NCBI RefSeq assembly: GCF_030695085.1
Contig: NZ_JAUYTS010000079.1
Location: 15,208-79,207 of the forward strand
Length of the DNA: 64,000 bases
Source: Falsiroseomonas sp.
Lineage (GTDB): Bacteria > Pseudomonadota > Alphaproteobacteria > Acetobacterales > Acetobacteraceae
Reading direction: 5' to 3'
The translations under genes and the position numbers were made by a program. Below, one piece after another: positions 28,238-37,133 of this stretch (its first letter is position 1; every line of letters starts with the position of its first letter). The notes below the pieces were generated by a model that had not been told where the DNA came from, did not search any database, and saw only the letters and a program-made list of their open reading frames with translations.

Positions 28238-29698
28238 ATGCTCGTCCTCGATCACGATCGGGCTGGTGGCTATTGGGGCGCGATCTACGCCTTCTCCGCC
28301 GTGCGCGGATTGCGCGTGGTGATCGACGGCCCGGTGGGCTGCGAGAATCTGCCCGTCACCGCCGTGCTGCACTACACGGATGCGCTGCCACCGCATGAGT
28401 TGCCGGTGGTCGTCACCGGCCTCGACGAAGACAGCCTGTCCAAGAACGGCACCGAGGATTCCATGCGCCGCGCCGCCGGCACGCAGGACCGGGAATTGCC
28501 GGCCGTGGTCGTCACCGGCTCGATCGCAGAGATGATCGGTGGTGGCGTGACGCCACAGGGCAGCAACCTGCAGCGCTTCATCTGCCGCACCATCGACGAG
28601 GATCAGTGGCAGGCCGCGGATCGCGCCATCATGTGGCTGTGGACCGAATTCGGCGCCCGCGGCCGCAAGATGCGCGCGCGCAACCCAAAGCTCGGCACCA
28701 CGCCGCGCGTGAACATCATCGGCCCGATCTACGGCACCTTCAACATGCCGTCCGACCTGGCCGAGATCCGCCGCCTGGTCGAAGGCATCGGTTGCGAAGT
28801 GAACCTGGTGTTCCCGCTCGGCAGCCATGTCGAGGATATCGCCAAGCTGCCGGATGCGGATGTCAACGTCTGCATGTATCGCGAATTCGGCCAGAAGCTG
28901 TGCGAGGAGCTGGAACGCCCCTGGCTGCGCGCACCGATGGGCCTGTTCGCCACCACCAATTTCCTCCGCAAGCTCGGCGAGATGACGGGCCTCGACCCCG
29001 AGCCGTTCATCGAGCGGGAGAAGCACACCACGATCAAGCCGATCTGGGATCTGTGGCGCAGCGTCACGCAGGATTTCTTCGCCTCCGCCAGCTTCGCGGT
29101 CGTCGCCACCGATACCTACACGCGCGGCCTGCAGCGCTTCCTCGGCGAGGAAATGGGCGTGCCCTGTGCCTTCGCCTTCAGCCGCATGGCCGGCGAGAAG
29201 CCGGATAATGCGGCGGTGCGCCAGGCGATGAAGAACTCGCCGCCGCTGGTGCTGTTCGGCAGCTACAATGAACGCATGTATGCGGCGGAGCTGAAGTCCC
29301 GCGCCATGTACATCCCGGCCAGCTTCCCGGGTGCGATCATCCGCCGTGCCACAGGCACGCCCTTCATGGGCTACGCCGGCGCGACCTACATCGTGCAGGA
29401 ATACTGCAACGCGCTGTTCGACGCGCTGTTCCACATCCTGCCGCTCGGCACCGACCTCGACCGCGTGGATCCCACGCCGGCGCGTGCGGCGGAGCCGTGG
29501 GACGATGATGCCGTCGCGTTGCTCGATGCGCATGTGGAGGCCGAGCCCTTCCTGCTTCGGATCTCGGCGGCCAAGCGGCTGCGCGAGTCGGTGGAGCAGG
29601 CAGCGCGCGCGGCTGGCGAGCCACGAATTTCCCGCGAACGCGTCCGGCACACGCTGGGCGATGTGGTCGCGCACCCCGTTGCAGAGGGCGTCGCATGA
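28238..29698 (+). CDS. bchZ: Chlorophyllide reductase subunit Z
   Basis: [25 protein letters not shown] and [11 protein letters not shown] motifs. Confidence 0.97.
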   Translation: MLVLDHDRAGGYWGAIYAFSAVRGLRVVIDGPVGCENLPVTAVLHYTDALPPHELPVVVTGLDEDSLSKNGTEDSMRRAAGTQDRELPAVVVTGSIAEMIGGGVTPQGSNLQRFICRTIDEDQWQAADRAIMWLWTEFGARGRKMRARNPKLGTTPRVNIIGPIYGTFNMPSDLAEIRRLVEGIGCEVNLVFPLGSHVEDIAKLPDADVNVCMYREFGQKLCEELERPWLRAPMGLFATTNFLRKLGEMTGLDPEPFIEREKHTTIKPIWDLWRSVTQDFFASASFAVVATDTYTRGLQRFLGEEMGVPCAFAFSRMAGEKPDNAAVRQAMKNSPPLVLFGSYNERMYAAELKSRAMYIPASFPGAIIRRATGTPFMGYAGATYIVQEYCNALFDALFHILPLGTDLDRVDPTPARAAEPWDDDAVALLDAHVEAEPFLLRISAAKRLRESVEQAARAAGEPRISRERVRHTLGDVVAHPVAEGVA

Positions 29699-29837
29699 TG
29701 CGGCCCCTGCATCCTTCCGTTCCAGCGTGCTGCCACAAGCGGTTCGCGGTACGGCCTTGGCGGTTTCCCGCCGATTCCATCCCAGCCGCGCGGGATCAGC
29801 GCGGTGGCGGCCGAAAGGCAAAATGGAGGTCATCATC

Positions 29838-30017
29838 ATGGCCGAAAGCTCAAAGACCGGCCTGACCGAAGGCGAGGCACGCGAGATCCACTCCCTGCTG
29901 ATCCAGGGTTGGGCGTTCTCCGTGTTCGCTTCGATGGGCGCGCATATCCTGGTGTGGCTGTGGCGCCCGCTGGTCTACGGCAACCAGATCGTCCCGCCGG
30001 ACTGGCGCTTCTTCTGA
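29838..30017 (+). CDS. pufB: LH1 beta subunit (divergent, 59 aa)
   Basis: TGLTEGEAREIH (His-18), TM helix with His0 (GAH) and VWLWRP; GGAGG RBS; first puf gene after bchZ. This is the 3' end of ORF 29331..30017. Confidence 0.92.
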   Translation: MAESSKTGLTEGEAREIHSLLIQGWAFSVFASMGAHILVWLWRPLVYGNQIVPPDWRFF

Positions 30018-30053
30018 GGCGCGGTGTTCGACGAGAGATAGGAGATACAAGCA

Positions 30054-30239
30054 ATGCATAAGATCTGGATGGTAGTCGACCCGCGCCGTTCGCTGTTCCT
30101 GGCGATGGTCGGCGTGATCGCCGTGTCGGGGTTGCTGCACGTCGTCGTGCTCGCATCCCCCCGCTACTGCGACCATTGGGGCTGGTGCGCGACGCCTGCG
30201 ACCTTCACGCCGGGGCAACCGGTCGGAGCCCTGCGTTAA
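30054..30239 (+). CDS. pufA: LH1 alpha subunit (divergent, 61 aa)
   Basis: MHKIWMVVDPRR N-terminus and TM helix with His0 (LLH); GGAG RBS; lies between pufB and pufL. Confidence 0.92.
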   Translation: MHKIWMVVDPRRSLFLAMVGVIAVSGLLHVVVLASPRYCDHWGWCATPATFTPGQPVGALR

Positions 30240-30253
30240 AGCAGGGCGAAGGC

Positions 30254-30328
30254 GCCGGTGTCGCTCCGCGGCAGCGGGCGAGGCCAGTACAGCGGCCCTC
30301 GTCCGCTGCCCGGGACGACGACACAGGC
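30254..30328 (+). other. pufA-pufL intercistronic stem-loop (probable mRNA stability element or partial terminator)
   Basis: Inner stem GGCAGCGGGCGAGGCC (30270-30285) pairs with GGCCCTCGTCCGCTGCC (30294-30310), extended by outer pairing; analogous to the known pufBA stabilising hairpin. Confidence 0.7.
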
Positions 30329-30368
30329 AGGCGGGCACTAGGCCCCGCCCATAAGGGAGCGTCATGCG

Positions 30369-31196
30369 ATGGCGATAATGACTTTCGAGCGGAAATATCG
30401 CGTCCGCGGGGGCACCCTGGTGGGCGGCGACCTGTTCGATTTCTGGATAGGCCCGTTCTGGATCGGGTTCTTTGGGGTCACCACGGCCTTCTTCACCTTC
30501 CTCGGTGTGGGCCTGATCCTGATGGGCGCGGCGATGGGTGGCACCTTCAACCCCTGGCTCATCAACATCGCACCGCCGGACCTCAGCTATGGTCTGCGCC
30601 TGGCGCCGATGGCCGAGGGTGGGCTCTGGCAGGCGATCACGGTGTGCGCGATTGGCGCCTTCGTGTCGTGGACACTTCGCCAGGCCGAGATCTCCCGCAA
30701 GCTGGGCATGGGCTATCACATCCCCATCGCCTACAGCGTTGCGGTCTTCGCCTACATCACGCTGGTGGTCATCCGCCCCGTGCTGATGGGCGCCTGGGGA
30801 CACGGTTTCCCCTACGGCATTTTCAGCCACCTCGATTGGGTTTCCAACGTCGGCTACCAGCACCTGCACTTCCACTATAACCCGGCGCACATGCTGGCGG
30901 TGACGTTCTTCTTCACCACCACGCTCGCGCTGTCGATGCATGGTGGCCTGGTGCTGTCCGCGCTGAATCCGGCCAAGGGCGAAGTGGTGAAGACGGCCGA
31001 ACATGAGAACACCTACTTCCGCGACCTGATCGGCTACTCGATCGGCACGCTCGGCATCCATCGCCTCGGTCTGTTCCTGGCGCTGTCGGCGGGGTTCTGG
31101 AGCGCGGTGTGCATTGTCATCAGCGGGCCGTTCTGGACCCAGGGCTGGCCGGAATGGTGGGGCTGGTGGCTCAACCTGCCGATCTGGAACAAGTGA
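30369..31196 (+). CDS. pufL: Reaction center L subunit
   Basis: [29 protein letters not shown] (His L168/L173), SMHG and GTLGIHRLG motifs. Confidence 0.99.
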   Translation: MAIMTFERKYRVRGGTLVGGDLFDFWIGPFWIGFFGVTTAFFTFLGVGLILMGAAMGGTFNPWLINIAPPDLSYGLRLAPMAEGGLWQAITVCAIGAFVSWTLRQAEISRKLGMGYHIPIAYSVAVFAYITLVVIRPVLMGAWGHGFPYGIFSHLDWVSNVGYQHLHFHYNPAHMLAVTFFFTTTLALSMHGGLVLSALNPAKGEVVKTAEHENTYFRDLIGYSIGTLGIHRLGLFLALSAGFWSAVCIVISGPFWTQGWPEWWGWWLNLPIWNK

Positions 31197-31217
31197 CGGG
31201 AAGGGGGGATCACGCAG

Positions 31218-32222
31218 ATGCCTGAATATCAGAACCTCTTTACCCGGGTGCAGGTCCGGGGGCCGGTGCCCTATCCGGGTACGCCGATGGGCACCGCCCA
31301 GCTGCTCGCGGGCAACTCCGAACGCGAGACGCCTGGCACCTTTGTCAGCCTGTTCGGCAAGATCGGAGATGCCCAGGTCGGGCCCGTCTATCTCGGCACG
31401 CTCGGCGTGCTCTCGATCATCTTCGGCTTCATCGCCTTCGAGATCATCGGCCTCAACATGCTGGCCTCCGTGAACTGGGACGTCGTCCAGTTCATCCGTC
31501 AGCTTTTCTGGCTGGCGCTGGAGCCGCCTTCGGCTGAATACGGGCTTCGCATTCCGCCGCTGCGCGAAGGCGGCTGGTGGATCGCCGCCGGCTTCTGCCT
31601 GACGGTGTCCATCCTGCTGTGGTGGGCGCGGACCTACCGCCGCGCACGTGCACTCGGCATGGGCACGCATGTGGCCTGGGCCTTCGCCGCCGCGATCTGG
31701 CTGTATCTGGTTCTGGGCTTCATCCGCCCCGTGCTGATGGGGTCCTGGAGCGAGGCGGTGCCCTTCGGCATCTTCCCGCATCTCGACTGGACCGCGGCAT
31801 TCTCCATTCGCTACGGCAACCTGTTCTACAACCCGTTCCATGCGCTTTCGATCGTGTTCCTGTACGGCTCCACCCTGCTGTTCGCCATGCATGGTGCGAC
31901 CATCCTGGCACTGGGCCGCTACGGCGGTGAGCGTGAGATCGAGCTGGTGCTGGATCGTGGCACGGCGGCTGAACGTGGTGCGTTGTTCTGGCGCTGGTGC
32001 ATGGGCTTCAATGCCAGCTTCGAGAGCATCCATCGCTGGGCCTGGTGGTTCGCCGTGCTCTGCCCGCTGACAGGCGGCATCGGCATCCTGCTGACCGGCA
32101 CGGTGGTGGACAACTGGTACCTTTGGGCCGTCGATCGCCACTTCGCCCCGGCCTATCCGCAGATCTGGGAACCGGTCATCGACCCGGCCCTCGCTGCCCC
32201 GATGCAAGGAGCGCCTCGATGA
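31218..32222 (+). CDS. pufM: Reaction center M subunit
   Basis: [22 protein letters not shown] (His M202), FAMHG and [10 protein letters not shown] motifs. Confidence 0.99.
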   Translation: MPEYQNLFTRVQVRGPVPYPGTPMGTAQLLAGNSERETPGTFVSLFGKIGDAQVGPVYLGTLGVLSIIFGFIAFEIIGLNMLASVNWDVVQFIRQLFWLALEPPSAEYGLRIPPLREGGWWIAAGFCLTVSILLWWARTYRRARALGMGTHVAWAFAAAIWLYLVLGFIRPVLMGSWSEAVPFGIFPHLDWTAAFSIRYGNLFYNPFHALSIVFLYGSTLLFAMHGATILALGRYGGEREIELVLDRGTAAERGALFWRWCMGFNASFESIHRWAWWFAVLCPLTGGIGILLTGTVVDNWYLWAVDRHFAPAYPQIWEPVIDPALAAPMQGAPR

Positions 32223-33292
32223 GCCTCACCGCACGCGTCGGCCTGGTCTTCGCCGCAGCCCTTTGCGTCGTGATCGTGCTGATGACCTTCGAACGGCCAC
32301 CGGTGACCACAAGCCAGCAAGGCTTCCGTGGCGTCGCGATGGAGCAGGTGGTCAACCCGCGCACCCAGGCGGTGCGCCTCGCGGCCAACCGTGTTCCGGA
32401 GGCGCTTGAAGCCGCCGATACGGATGGCGAGAGGGCGCGCGAAATCTACGAGAACGTCCAGGTGCTGGGCGAACTGAGCGTCGCGCAGTTCGGCCGCATC
32501 ATGCAGGCGATGACGGAGTGGATCGCCCCGGAGCAGGGCTGCGCCTATTGCCACAATGTCGAGAACATGGCGTCCGACGAAGTCTACACCAAGGTGGTGT
32601 CGCGCCGGATGCTGCAGATGACGCGCACCATCAATGTGGACTGGACGCCGCATGTCGGCGCAGCCGGTGTCACCTGCTACACCTGCCACCGGGGCCGCCC
32701 GGTGCCGGCGGAGGTCTGGGCCTCCACCATCCTGCCGCATAACGGCCTGCAGGCCTCGCGTGGTCAGAACCACCCCGCGCCGGTCGCCAATCTCAGTTCG
32801 CTGCCCGGCGAGCCCTTCACGCCCTTCCTCCTGCAGGATCAGGAGATCCGCGTGATCAGCACGGCGGCGCACCCGAACGGCAACCCGGTGGGCACCATGC
32901 AGACCGAGTGGACCTATGCGCTGATGATGCACATGTCCGAGGGTCTCGGCGTGAACTGCACCTTCTGCCACAACAGCCGGTCCTTCGCGAACTGGTCCAC
33001 CAGTCCGCCGTCGCGGCTGACGGCCTGGCACGGCATCCGCATGGTGCGGGACATCAACAACGACTATGTAGTGCCGCTGACGCCGCTGTGGGCCGCCAAT
33101 CCGCGCGGCCCGGCGGAAGGCCCGCACATGCCGCGGCTCGGTCCGGCCGGGGATGCGTTGAAGGTGAACTGCGCTACCTGCCACCAGGGCGCCAACCGGC
33201 CCTTCTACGGTGCGCCGATGCTGCAGGACTATCCGGAGCTCAACCTGGTCTCCGACGGCCCGCTGCGCGCAGCCTCGGCTGCCGCGCAGTGA
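32219..33292 (+). CDS. pufC: RC-bound tetraheme cytochrome c subunit with N-terminal TM helix
   Basis: Four CxxCH motifs (CAYCH, CYTCH, CTFCH, CATCH) and FERPP..QQGFRG; ATGA overlap with pufM. Confidence 0.97.
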   Translation: MSLTARVGLVFAAALCVVIVLMTFERPPVTTSQQGFRGVAMEQVVNPRTQAVRLAANRVPEALEAADTDGERAREIYENVQVLGELSVAQFGRIMQAMTEWIAPEQGCAYCHNVENMASDEVYTKVVSRRMLQMTRTINVDWTPHVGAAGVTCYTCHRGRPVPAEVWASTILPHNGLQASRGQNHPAPVANLSSLPGEPFTPFLLQDQEIRVISTAAHPNGNPVGTMQTEWTYALMMHMSEGLGVNCTFCHNSRSFANWSTSPPSRLTAWHGIRMVRDINNDYVVPLTPLWAANPRGPAEGPHMPRLGPAGDALKVNCATCHQGANRPFYGAPMLQDYPELNLVSDGPLRAASAAAQ

Positions 33293-33298
33293 CCTGCC

Positions 33299-33331
33299 AC
33301 GGCGCCAGGCCCGCGCGGCCTGGCTGCCGTG
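33299..33331 (+). terminator. GC-rich hairpin after pufC (probable terminator)
   Basis: ACGGC-GCCAGGCC / GGCCTGGC-T-GCCGT inverted repeat followed by GTTT. Confidence 0.5.
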
Positions 33332-33361
33332 TTTGCATCCAGCGCGTAATCGGGCATAGCC

Positions 33362-33805
33362 ATGTCCGTGGCTGGCATGCTGGAACTTCTCGGGTTGTTT
33401 GCGGTGGCGCTCGGCGCCGCCAGCCTGCTTCCCATGGCATCGGAACCGCTGCTGGTCGGGCTGCTGCTTTTGGGCGGGCAGCCCGTTTGGCTGTTGGTGG
33501 CGGTGGCGAGCCTGGGCAACACGCTGGGCTCCGTCATCAACTGGGCGCTGGGCCTGCAGTTGCTGCGCTGGCAGGACCGGCGCTGGTTTCCCGTGAAGCC
33601 CTCGGCGCTGGAACGGGCGAGCGGCTGGTACCGTCGCTGGGGCTATTGGTCGCTGCTGCTGAGCTGGGCGCCGGTCATCGGCGATCCGCTGACACTGGCC
33701 GCCGGCGTGATGCGCGAACCGTTCTGGCGCTTCCTTCTGCTGGTCGCCGTTGCGAAGACGGGACGCTATGTGGTGCTTGCGCTGGTGACGCTCGGCCTCA
33801 CCTGA
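33362..33805 (+). CDS. yqaA: YqaA/DedA (VTT-domain) membrane protein
   Basis: AASLLPMASEPLL, GNTLGSVINW, LLLSWAPVIGDPLT and KTGRY motifs. Confidence 0.85.
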   Translation: MSVAGMLELLGLFAVALGAASLLPMASEPLLVGLLLLGGQPVWLLVAVASLGNTLGSVINWALGLQLLRWQDRRWFPVKPSALERASGWYRRWGYWSLLLSWAPVIGDPLTLAAGVMREPFWRFLLLVAVAKTGRYVVLALVTLGLT

Positions 33806-33824
33806 GCGGAAGGGAGGACGCAGC

Positions 33825-35351
33825 ATGATGGACGGCACGGATCTGCATCGGGACACCCGCCCACATGCCGTGGTCATCGGTGCCGGGTTTGGCGGACTGG
33901 CCGCCGCCATCCGCCTCGGCGCCCGCGGTTGGCGCGTGACGGTGGTGGAGAAGCTGGATGCGCCCGGCGGCCGCGCCTATGTCTACCGGCAGGATGGCTT
34001 CACCTTCGACGCCGGCCCCACCATCATCACCGCGCCCTATCTGCTGGAAGAGTTATGGACGCTGGCCGGGCGCCGCATGGCGGATGACCTCGACCTGCGG
34101 GCGATGAACCCCTTCTACCAGATACGCTTCGACGACGGCACGGTGATGAATTGCAGCGCCGACCTGGTGGCGACGCGGACCGAGATTGCGCGCATCGCGC
34201 CGGAGGATCTGCCGGGCTTCGACCGCTTCATCGCCGATAGCGAGAAAATCTTCGAGGTCGCCTTCGCGAAGCTCGCCGACCAGCCCTTCCACCAGCTCGG
34301 CACGCTGCTGCGTGCGGTGCCGGACATGCTGCGGCTGCAGGGCTACCGCACCGTCTACAGCAAGGTCAGCGACTATTTCACCAATGACAAGCTGCGTATC
34401 GCGTTCAGCTTCCATCCGCTGCTGATCGGCGGCAACCCGCTGAACACCACCGCCTATTACTGCCTGATCGCGCATCTGGAGCGGCTGCATGGCGTGCATT
34501 ATGCCATGGGCGGCATGGGCGCGGTGGTCGACGGTCTGGTGGGCCTGATCCAGCATTTCGGCGGCACGCTGCGGACCGGGACCGAGGTGCAGCAGATCAC
34601 GGTGCAGAATGGCCGTGCCAGCGGCGTGCGTCTGGCCGGCGGCGAAACACTCGCCGCCGACATCGTCATCTCGAACGCCGATGTGGGCTGGACCTATACC
34701 AAGTTGCTCTCGGAGCATAAGCGCCGGCGCTGGACGGATGCGAAAGTCGCGCGCGCCAATTATTCGATGAGTCTTTTCGTCTGGTATTTCGGCACGAACC
34801 GGCGCTTCGAGGATGTGTATCACCACACCATGGTGCTCGGCCCGCGCTACAAGGAATTGCTGACGGACATCTTCAAGCGGAAGGTGCTGTCGGAAGATTT
34901 CTCGCTGTACCTGCATCGGCCGACCGCGACCGACCCCTCCCTCGCCCCGCCTGGCTGCGACAGTTTCTACGTGCTGTCACCGGTGCCACATCTCGGCAGC
35001 GGCACGGATTGGGCGCAGCACGCCGAACCCTACCGCGCCGCCATCGAAAAGCGCCTGGAGGAAACGGTGCTGCCCGGCCTCGGCGCAAGCCTCGTCACCT
35101 CCCGGGTCCTGACACCGCAGGATTTCCGCGACCGGCTGCTTTCCGTGCAGGGTGCCGCCTTCTCGCTGGAACCCCAGCTTTTCCAATCCGCCTGGTTCCG
35201 TCCTCACAATGTCAGCGAGGACTTACCCGGCCTCTACCTTGTCGGCGCCGGCACCCACCCTGGCGCGGGGGTCCCTGGCGTCGTTTCCTCGGCGCGTATT
35301 CTCGACCAGGTCGTGCCGCATGGCAGCGCGGTGGTGCGCGCGCCGGCCTGA
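33825..35351 (+). CDS. crtI: Phytoene desaturase
   Basis: AVVIGAGFGGLA FAD motif, GFTFDAGPTIITAP, NYSMSLFVWYFG and VGAGTHPGAGVPGV. Confidence 0.96.
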   Translation: MMDGTDLHRDTRPHAVVIGAGFGGLAAAIRLGARGWRVTVVEKLDAPGGRAYVYRQDGFTFDAGPTIITAPYLLEELWTLAGRRMADDLDLRAMNPFYQIRFDDGTVMNCSADLVATRTEIARIAPEDLPGFDRFIADSEKIFEVAFAKLADQPFHQLGTLLRAVPDMLRLQGYRTVYSKVSDYFTNDKLRIAFSFHPLLIGGNPLNTTAYYCLIAHLERLHGVHYAMGGMGAVVDGLVGLIQHFGGTLRTGTEVQQITVQNGRASGVRLAGGETLAADIVISNADVGWTYTKLLSEHKRRRWTDAKVARANYSMSLFVWYFGTNRRFEDVYHHTMVLGPRYKELLTDIFKRKVLSEDFSLYLHRPTATDPSLAPPGCDSFYVLSPVPHLGSGTDWAQHAEPYRAAIEKRLEETVLPGLGASLVTSRVLTPQDFRDRLLSVQGAAFSLEPQLFQSAWFRPHNVSEDLPGLYLVGAGTHPGAGVPGVVSSARILDQVVPHGSAVVRAPA

Positions 35352-35635
35352 CTTCGGGGCTGCTCCGCGCACAGCCGCGGCGCCCCTGCCATCACCGATT
35401 TGCACGCGAGTTTGATCGCAGATTGCCCAACCGGCGGATTCCAGGCCGCACGGTTCGCCTTTGCGTGCGCCATGATCGCAACGGCTGCAACGACGCTCCC
35501 CAATGCATCTGAAGGCGTCGTAAAGAGACGAAAGTCTAAAAAAGATACGAAAGATGCCAGGGTTGTTAACTCCGTGCGCCCGACACTCCCGTATAACACC
35601 CGTGTTGCATGTCTTTTTACGGGAAGGGTCGCAAA

Positions 35636-36322
35636 ATGAAGTCTATCCTGCTCGTCTGCAGCGATGGTCGCCTTCGTGCCAGTCTGGCTGACGGTCTCGC
35701 CGCGTCCTTCGCGGTGCAGGAGGCGGAAGACGCCGCCGCAGCCGAAGCCTTCCTCATGGCGGCCGGCGCGGGCTGCGATGCGGTGCTGATCGATACCGGC
35801 CTGCGCGCGGCGGATGGCCCGGAGCTTTGCCGCAGCCTGCGGTCGAAGGGCATCGACATGCCGATCCTGTTGCTCAGTGAGGCAAGAGGCGAGGCGGATG
35901 TGGTGGCCGGCCTCGACGGCGGCGCCAATGACTACGTGCTGAAACCCTTCAGCATGGAGGAATTGCGGGCCCGCCTCCGCGCCCACCTGCGGATATCGGC
36001 GACGGCGGAATCGGCGGTGCGAACCATCGGGCCCTATGCGTTCCGCCCCTCCGCGAAACAGCTGTTCGAGCGCACCCGCAACCGCACCATCCGGCTGACC
36101 AGCAAGGAGGTCGCGGTGCTGAAATACCTCCACGCCGCCGATGGGCGGCCGGTGGCGAAGCACACGCTGCTGATGGATGTGTGGGGCTACAACAACGCCG
36201 TCAGCAGCCACACGCTGGAGACCCATATCTGGCGCCTGCGCCAGAAGATGGAGGACAACCCAGCCAATGCCCGGCTGCTGCTGACCAATCGCGATGGCTA
36301 TCGCCTGAACCACGCGGTCTGA
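35636..36322 (+). CDS. OmpR-family response regulator (receiver plus winged helix), orphan
   Basis: AVLID phospho-Asp, DYVLKPF, LTSKE, VWGY, HTLETHIWRLRQKME; no kinase gene nearby. Confidence 0.88.
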   Translation: MKSILLVCSDGRLRASLADGLAASFAVQEAEDAAAAEAFLMAAGAGCDAVLIDTGLRAADGPELCRSLRSKGIDMPILLLSEARGEADVVAGLDGGANDYVLKPFSMEELRARLRAHLRISATAESAVRTIGPYAFRPSAKQLFERTRNRTIRLTSKEVAVLKYLHAADGRPVAKHTLLMDVWGYNNAVSSHTLETHIWRLRQKMEDNPANARLLLTNRDGYRLNHAV

Positions 36323-36560
36323 CGATGACGGGTTTTCTGCAACCCCGTTTCGTCGGCGGCCGGGTCGCCGATGAGGCCGTGCGATGAGTGTGCTGGAGGC
36401 CGCACAGGCCATCTGCCGGCTCGTCCGGCGGCCGCGCCCGCCGGGCCAGGGTGGTGCGGGTGGCGGCTCCGGCACCGCGCCATCCGCCGTCTCACCGACG
36501 GAATTCGTCGATGGCCGGTGGCAGGTTCTCGGCGGCAGCCGCAGCCATGCGGTGGAGACG

Positions 36561-37112
36561 ATGGCGAGGCCCGCCCGGCGGATCGCCCAGGCCTCGCTCC
36601 CGCTGGCCACGGGGGCCGCGGTCACCGGGGGCACGATCCTGGTCTGCCAGGCGCTCGGCCTGCCCGGCGCGCTGATGGAGGCCGGGCGCGGGCTGCTGGC
36701 CGATGGCGGTGACGCCGCGGATGGCGGTGACGCAGAGACCGGCAATGTGGCGGGGTCCGTGGGCGTGGTGGCAGGTTCGGCGATCGGCGGCGGCGCGGGT
36801 GCCGTGGCTGGTGCGACACCCTCCCCGAGCGATGCATCGCCTGCAGCGATCCCGCCTGGCGACGGGATTCAGCTTCTCATGGCGGCTCCCAGCCTCTTCC
36901 CCAACGGCAGTCTGCCGCAGGATGGGGTGCGGCTCGTGGATGGTCCGCGCCAGGTGGTCCAGCCGGAGCCCACGCCTGTGTCCGAGCCCGGCTCGCTCGC
37001 GTTGTTTGGCGTGTCGCTCGCACTGGTGGGCGGCATCCTGCTCACCACCGCGGCCAGGCGCCGCCGGGTTGTGCGTTCGGCGCACCCTCGCCGCATGGAT
37101 GGTGCGGCCTGA
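36561..37112 (+). CDS. PEP-CTERM-like sorting-domain protein (start 36561; ORF is open from 36384)
   Basis: C-terminal PTPVSEPGSLALFGVSLALVGGILLTTAARRRR (VPEP-like motif, TM helix, basic cluster); Gly/Ala/Asp low-complexity body; GGAG RBS before ATG 36561. Confidence 0.65.
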   Translation: MARPARRIAQASLPLATGAAVTGGTILVCQALGLPGALMEAGRGLLADGGDAADGGDAETGNVAGSVGVVAGSAIGGGAGAVAGATPSPSDASPAAIPPGDGIQLLMAAPSLFPNGSLPQDGVRLVDGPRQVVQPEPTPVSEPGSLALFGVSLALVGGILLTTAARRRRVVRSAHPRRMDGAA

Positions 37113-37133
37113 ACAGGCCTGCGGCGCCGCGGT

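Noticed and set aside
29699-29837. pufQ or another small ORF between bchZ and pufB; pufX after pufM
   Set aside because: No convincing ORF with an RBS; pufM is directly coupled to pufC.
25748-29839. 1363-aa antisense ORF opposite bchXYZ
   Set aside because: Same shadow-ORF artefact; the same applies to 38000-41188, 44526-47237, 59986-62976 and many shorter ORFs in the track.
30855-30895. Acidiphilium-type Zn-BChl signature in PufL (Glu at L168)
   Set aside because: The sequence reads HFHYNPAHM, so His L168 is retained. The L213 Asn / M-subunit Asp pairing is also a known ordinary variant.
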